Source: Planctomycetota bacterium (GTDB lineage Bacteria > Planctomycetota > UBA8108 > SXIK01). From it: DNA of 64,000 nucleotides. Location of the stretch: the NCBI GenBank assembly GCA_965223845.1, contig CBDCXR010000004.1:3360001-3424000 (forward strand), given 5' to 3'. Shown piece after piece: positions 59,663-64,000 of the stretch. A model generated the notes under the pieces. That model made no database searches. It saw nothing but the letters and a program-made list of their open reading frames with translations, and was not told where the DNA came from. A program made the position numbers and the translations under genes. Within the stretch, counting starts at the first letter, position 1, and the number at the start of each line of letters is the position of its first letter.

Positions 59663-61072
59663 ATGTTCCACCGGGAGATCGACCCCCTCGAGTCCTTCCG
59701 CGGCCGCAAGGTCACGGTGATGGGACTAGGTCTTTTCGGCGGCGGGCGAGGCGTCACCGAGTTTCTCTGCGAGCGAGGTGCGGTCGTCACCGTGACGGAT
59801 CGCCGCCCCCCCGAAGACCTCGCCGAGGCCGTGGCCGCCCTCGAGCATCTCCCGATCCGCTGGCGGCTCGGACGACACGAGGAGGCCGACTTTCGGGACG
59901 CCGATCTCGTCGTGCCGAGTCCCGCCGTGCCGCGCGACGCCCAGCTCCTCGCCGGCTGCCGGCGCCGGGGAGTCCCACTCGACACCGAGATGAATCTCTT
60001 CTTCAAGTACTGTCGCGGTCGCATTTGCGGAGTGACGGGAACGAACGGGAAGACGACGACGACGAGCCTCCTCGGACGGATTCTCTCGGCCGAGTGGCCG
60101 AGCACTCGGGTCGGCGGAAACCTCGGGTGCTCGCTTCTCCCTCGGGTAACGACAATCCGCCCGGAGGACTGGATCGTGCTCGAGCTCTCGAGCTTCCAGC
60201 TCGAGGATCTCGCCCCGCTCGCACGCCGTCCCGAGGTCAGCGTCGTGACGAACGTGTCGCGGAACCATCTCGACCGACACGGCACCTACTCCGCTTACTG
60301 CCTTTCGAAGCGCGAGATCCTTCGTCCGGGGCCGCATCCGAATGTCGCGGTCTTGAACGCCGAGGACGCTGCCGTCCGCTCCTGGGAAACGTCGCGCGAC
60401 GTCGTCTACTTCGGCCGCACGGGGAGTGTACGTCCGCGTGCGTCCGGCGTTTGGGCGGACAGCGAGACCGGCGAAGTGCGCCTGCGAGACCGCGGGGGCG
60501 ACGAGACGCCGCTCTTCGTTCGCGACGACCTCGTGCTTCCCGGGACCTTCAATCTTCTGAACGCGGCCGCGGCCGCCGCGGCTGCAGCGAGCATCGGAGT
60601 TTCGGCGGAACGCATTTGCAGTTCGATTCGATCGTTCGAAACGGTCGAACACCGACTCGAGCCGTTTCACTCGGCCGGCGGAGTGCGCTATCTCAACGAT
60701 TCGATCGCGACGACGCCGGAATCGACGGTCGCGGCGCTCGAGGCTCTCCCGGGCGGTATCGTGCTCATTTGTGGTGGAGCCGCGGGAGGGGAGCGATCGT
60801 ATCGACGACTCGGACTAGCGATCGCTCGGCGAACGCGCGCGACGATTCTGATCGGTGAAACCGCAGACGAGATCGAGCGCGAGATTCCACGCCGACCGGG
60901 TGGACCGATGATCGCGCGAGCCGAGAATCTCGAGACCGCGGTGCGCGCCGCGAACGCGGCCGCTCGCCCGGGTGACGCCATCGTTCTCTCGCCGGCGGCG
61001 GCGAGCTACGACATGTTCGTGAACTTCGAAGCGCGCGGACGGCGCTTCAAGGAGCTCGCTCGCGGGCGGTGA
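59663..61072 (+). CDS. murD: UDP-N-acetylmuramoyl-L-alanine--D-glutamate ligase
   Basis: GTNGKTTT, GGNLG, ELSSFQLE, HLDRH, EHRLE, NDSIAT and LSPAAASYD motifs. Confidence 0.95.
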   Translation: MFHREIDPLESFRGRKVTVMGLGLFGGGRGVTEFLCERGAVVTVTDRRPPEDLAEAVAALEHLPIRWRLGRHEEADFRDADLVVPSPAVPRDAQLLAGCRRRGVPLDTEMNLFFKYCRGRICGVTGTNGKTTTTSLLGRILSAEWPSTRVGGNLGCSLLPRVTTIRPEDWIVLELSSFQLEDLAPLARRPEVSVVTNVSRNHLDRHGTYSAYCLSKREILRPGPHPNVAVLNAEDAAVRSWETSRDVVYFGRTGSVRPRASGVWADSETGEVRLRDRGGDETPLFVRDDLVLPGTFNLLNAAAAAAAAASIGVSAERICSSIRSFETVEHRLEPFHSAGGVRYLNDSIATTPESTVAALEALPGGIVLICGGAAGGERSYRRLGLAIARRTRATILIGETADEIEREIPRRPGGPMIARAENLETAVRAANAAARPGDAIVLSPAAASYDMFVNFEARGRRFKELARGR

Positions 61073-61390
61073 GGCCGTCACGCGCGGGAATCGCTCCGCG
61101 CTGGGAATCTGTCCACGAGGGAGACGATTCCTCGCACGAGCGCGGCGCGAAAAATGCGCACGAGGGCGTCGCGCGAGAACCGTCGGGCGCCTGGCGGCTC
61201 GGTGCAGCGAGGTCGTGCGCGCCGAGCCGCCGCGACGCAACCGCATTTTCAGCAACGATTTAGGTCGATTCGACTCGCGCTCGGCCGCGCTCTCGCTCGC
61301 GCATCCTCGCATCGGCTCGACGCGCGGTGCCGGTCGATCCGGCACGGAGGTTGGAACAACGATGTCATAACCCTTTCGGAGACATCGCTC

Positions 61391-61522
61391 ATGTCTGACT
61401 CCAATCACCGCGAATCGAGCCGGATCTTCATTCTCACGCTGACCGGAACCGATCTCGTGTACTGCACCGAATCGAACTCGATCGTCTCGGTCGTTCCCGT
61501 CGAAATCCGTCAGCCGAAGTAA
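61391..61522 (+). CDS. Possible small protein (43 aa)
   Basis: GGAG RBS; non-Arg-rich composition, unlike shadow ORFs. Confidence 0.35.
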   Translation: MSDSNHRESSRIFILTLTGTDLVYCTESNSIVSVVPVEIRQPK

Positions 61523-61810
61523 CCGCACCGCGACGCAAGTCGCGCCGGGGTACGCGCGCGAACGTAACTAAATCGCGCGCGCAGCAGCTCGAGCCTTCGG
61601 CCGGCCGAGGAATCTCGTCCGGCGCGGGCGACTCCTTCGGCCGCTCTCTCGTCCGCGGGCGCGCGCCCTGCGGTCGCGGCGGCGGTCGCGTCCGGAACGG
61701 AACGTGCGCGCTCGGCGCGAGCCTCCCGCGCGAAACCGCCTCCTCGACGGCGCCCGCCGACGGCGGCGGCACGCCGATTCCGCGAGGGCAGATCGCGCCC
61801 CCTTAGCGGA

Positions 61811-62167
61811 TCAAGTCCGCACGTTCGAGCGACGCTTCTCGAGCAGCGCGTCGACGTGCCGTGCGGTCGTCAGCACGATCTCGATCTCCCGCTCGTACGG
61901 GGGGCCGAAGAGCTGCGGATTCGCTTCGATGAAGATTCCGTTCAGCGGATCGTCGACGAGGACGACGCATCGCCGCTTCGTGACGACGAGCGGAACGCAC
62001 CGCTTGGTGAGGGCGAGCGAGAGGGGGACGCGACGCAGAGTTCCGTTCGAGACCGCGATCGCGTCGGGATCCACGAAACGCCACCCGAACGCGGCCGCCG
62101 CCGTGCCGTGCACCATCGTCGGCAGTGATTCTTCGAGGGGAGAATGGGGCAAACAAGGTGAGCTCAT
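61811..62167 (-). CDS. Stand-alone GspE/PilB N-terminal (T2SSE_N-like) domain protein
   Basis: FVD......L..VP..LA....VP........DPLN pattern. Confidence 0.6.
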   Translation of the reverse strand: MSSPCLPHSPLEESLPTMVHGTAAAAFGWRFVDPDAIAVSNGTLRRVPLSLALTKRCVPLVVTKRRCVVLVDDPLNGIFIEANPQLFGPPYEREIEIVLTTARHVDALLEKRRSNVRT

Positions 62168-62188
62168 CGGTTATCCGTCGCTGTTCGT

Positions 62189-63775
62189 TCAGCTTAGACC
62201 GTACTTCTTCATTCGGCGGTAGAGCGACTTGCGTGTGATCTGAAGCTGCTGCGCCGCGCGCGACTTGTTTCCCCCCGCAGCTTGGAGCGCCGCCGCAACG
62301 ACTCGCCGTTCGGCCGCGCTGACCGCGCCGTCGAGCGTCAATTCGCCGTCTCGCTCGCCGACGGCAGACCGTAGGACGAGGCTCTCCGGCGCAATCGGAT
62401 CCACGCCCAGCGCGACGAGCCGGCGCACTTCGTTCTCGAGCTCGCGCACATTTCCCGGCCAGTCGTGACGAACGAGAGCGAGCCAAGCTTCGCGTGTGAT
62501 CCGCGGGGCTTCCCGCCCGAGCGACGCGCTCTCTCGTCGCAAGAAGAACTCGCCCAGAGCGCGGATATCCTCGCGTCGGTCGCGGAGCGGCGGGATCTCG
62601 AACTCGATCCCCTTCAGCCGGTAGTAGAGATCCCGACGGAAGCTCCCGAGCTCGACGAGATCGGAGAGATGGCGACGCGCGACACTGACGACCCGAACGT
62701 CGACGCGAACGGCGTCCTTGGCTCCGATCGGCCGCACTAGCCCGTGCTCGAGGACTCGGAGAACCTTCGTCTGAAACTCAGGGCCTGCATCGCCCACGCC
62801 GTCGAGCACGACGGTTCCGCCGTCCGCCTGCGTGACGACTCCGACGCGATCGGCGTCCGCGCCGGTGAACGCACCGCGAACGTGACCGAAGAGCTCGGAC
62901 TCGACGAGCGTGTCGGGAATCGACGCGCACTGAACGGTTGCGAACGCACCGCTCGACCGAGCGGAGGAAGCGTGCACCCCGCGCGCGAGAAGCGATTTCC
63001 CGGTCCCGGTCTCCCCGTGGAGAACGACCGGAAGATCGGACTCTGCGACGCGACGCAGTGTCTCGAACGCGTCGCGCAGATCGGGATTTGCCGAGACGAA
63101 GCCGTGAAAGTCCTCCGTCTCGGCGGGACGGAGGTACTGTTCGAGGTCGCGCGCGACCGGTGACTCCTCGCTGGCACTCGTCGTCTCGCGACTCATGTCG
63201 GCCGCACGCCCGTCGTTTCTCCTCACGACGAGAAGCTCGAACGCGGTCCTCCACAGCGCGAGAAGGTCGTCCGGCGCGAGCGTCACCGTTTGAAAACGAT
63301 GGTCGACGTACACTCCGCCGTAGAGCTCACCGCGGTAGCGGATGGGAAGGACGAGGATCGACCTCGCTGGGCGCTTCCCGTCGAGCGATTCTTCCGCTCG
63401 GTATCGGCGATCGGAGCGCGCCTCCGAAACGAACAGCGGCTCCCCCGCCGTCATGGCGCGTTTGATGGCGTAGTGGCTCACGCGCGAGGCGGGTGCGGGA
63501 AGCGGCTCACCGTCGCGGTACGCCGCCGCCAAGACTTCGAATCCTCCGGACTCGCGCAGACGAAAGAGCGCGACGCGCTCCCCTCCGAGTTGCTCGGCAA
63601 TCGCTTGAAGCACACACCGCGTGGCGGTCGCCCCCGTTCCTCGTGTCGCGATCGTTTCGAGAGCCCGCGCGAGCCTTCGAAGCGCGAGCGCGCCGTCCGG
63701 CCCCGACTCGGCCGCGACGGAAGCATGCTCGTCGCGGTGCGAGCTCGGCACGGAGACCCCTTCTCGATCGCTCAT
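62189..63775 (-). CDS. GAF + sigma54-interaction AAA+ + Fis-HTH regulator
   Basis: GAF domain; GETGTGKS, ESELFGH..GAFTGA, FRRDLYYRL, WPGNVREL and GNKSRAA motifs; degenerate Walker B. Confidence 0.92.
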   Translation of the reverse strand: MSDREGVSVPSSHRDEHASVAAESGPDGALALRRLARALETIATRGTGATATRCVLQAIAEQLGGERVALFRLRESGGFEVLAAAYRDGEPLPAPASRVSHYAIKRAMTAGEPLFVSEARSDRRYRAEESLDGKRPARSILVLPIRYRGELYGGVYVDHRFQTVTLAPDDLLALWRTAFELLVVRRNDGRAADMSRETTSASEESPVARDLEQYLRPAETEDFHGFVSANPDLRDAFETLRRVAESDLPVVLHGETGTGKSLLARGVHASSARSSGAFATVQCASIPDTLVESELFGHVRGAFTGADADRVGVVTQADGGTVVLDGVGDAGPEFQTKVLRVLEHGLVRPIGAKDAVRVDVRVVSVARRHLSDLVELGSFRRDLYYRLKGIEFEIPPLRDRREDIRALGEFFLRRESASLGREAPRITREAWLALVRHDWPGNVRELENEVRRLVALGVDPIAPESLVLRSAVGERDGELTLDGAVSAAERRVVAAALQAAGGNKSRAAQQLQITRKSLYRRMKKYGLS

Positions 63776-64000
63776 CGCGCACCCCTGGCTTCATTTCTCG
63801 CGTGAACCGCCGTCGACGTCGCACCGAACCGGAGGGAGATCGAGACCCGATGCTGCGCGCGAAGTGAACGCCACTCTGAGACGGCAAAGCGGCGATGGCG
63901 CCGTGACGACAAGCCCGGTATTCGATTGTACCAGCTGTCGTAGCCCATCGACTTCGCTCGCCCGCCCCACTTTGAGAAACGAAAACCGTGCCGAATCCGC

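Overview
GC-rich bacterial chromosomal window. It is most likely from a Planctomycetota member, inferred from Cys-capped dockerin-like C-terminal domains, a TPR/FG-GAP/ASPIC-UnbV protein, and TonB-like-anchored prenyltransferase/squalene-oxidase-repeat proteins. About 50 CDS can be supported. Housekeeping genes include glcDEF, ggt, lexA, glpK, thiE, aroC, thiS/thiG, murD, pirin and a PadR-ABC exporter operon. Many secreted or lipoprotein genes are also present. No rRNA, tRNA, CRISPR array or transposase was recognised. The most unusual signals are: (1) several 300-800 nt ORF-free intergenic regions dense in hairpins, the best at ~9090-9652 with a long closing stem, nested multibranch junctions and a terminator, three of which share a GGGYRS(A)AGGGTTT(n)GC motif at their right ends; (2) a tandem array of ~152-bp palindrome-rich units headed by a perfect 27-bp inverted repeat; (3) three secreted proteins with the same dockerin-like tail, two with a cohesin-like domain as well; (4) a GlyGly-CTERM metallopeptidase overlapping its own rhombosortase gene; (5) a GGT / flavoprotein / radical SAM / non-canonical metallophosphoesterase cluster; (6) a duplicated alpha/alpha-toroid gene pair whose promoter shares a motif with a neighbouring double-HTH S24 repressor; (7) the start of a NikJ/PolH-like radical SAM gene at the left edge. 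All calls come from reading motifs by eye, with no database searches. Many start codons were reassigned from the supplied ORF track.
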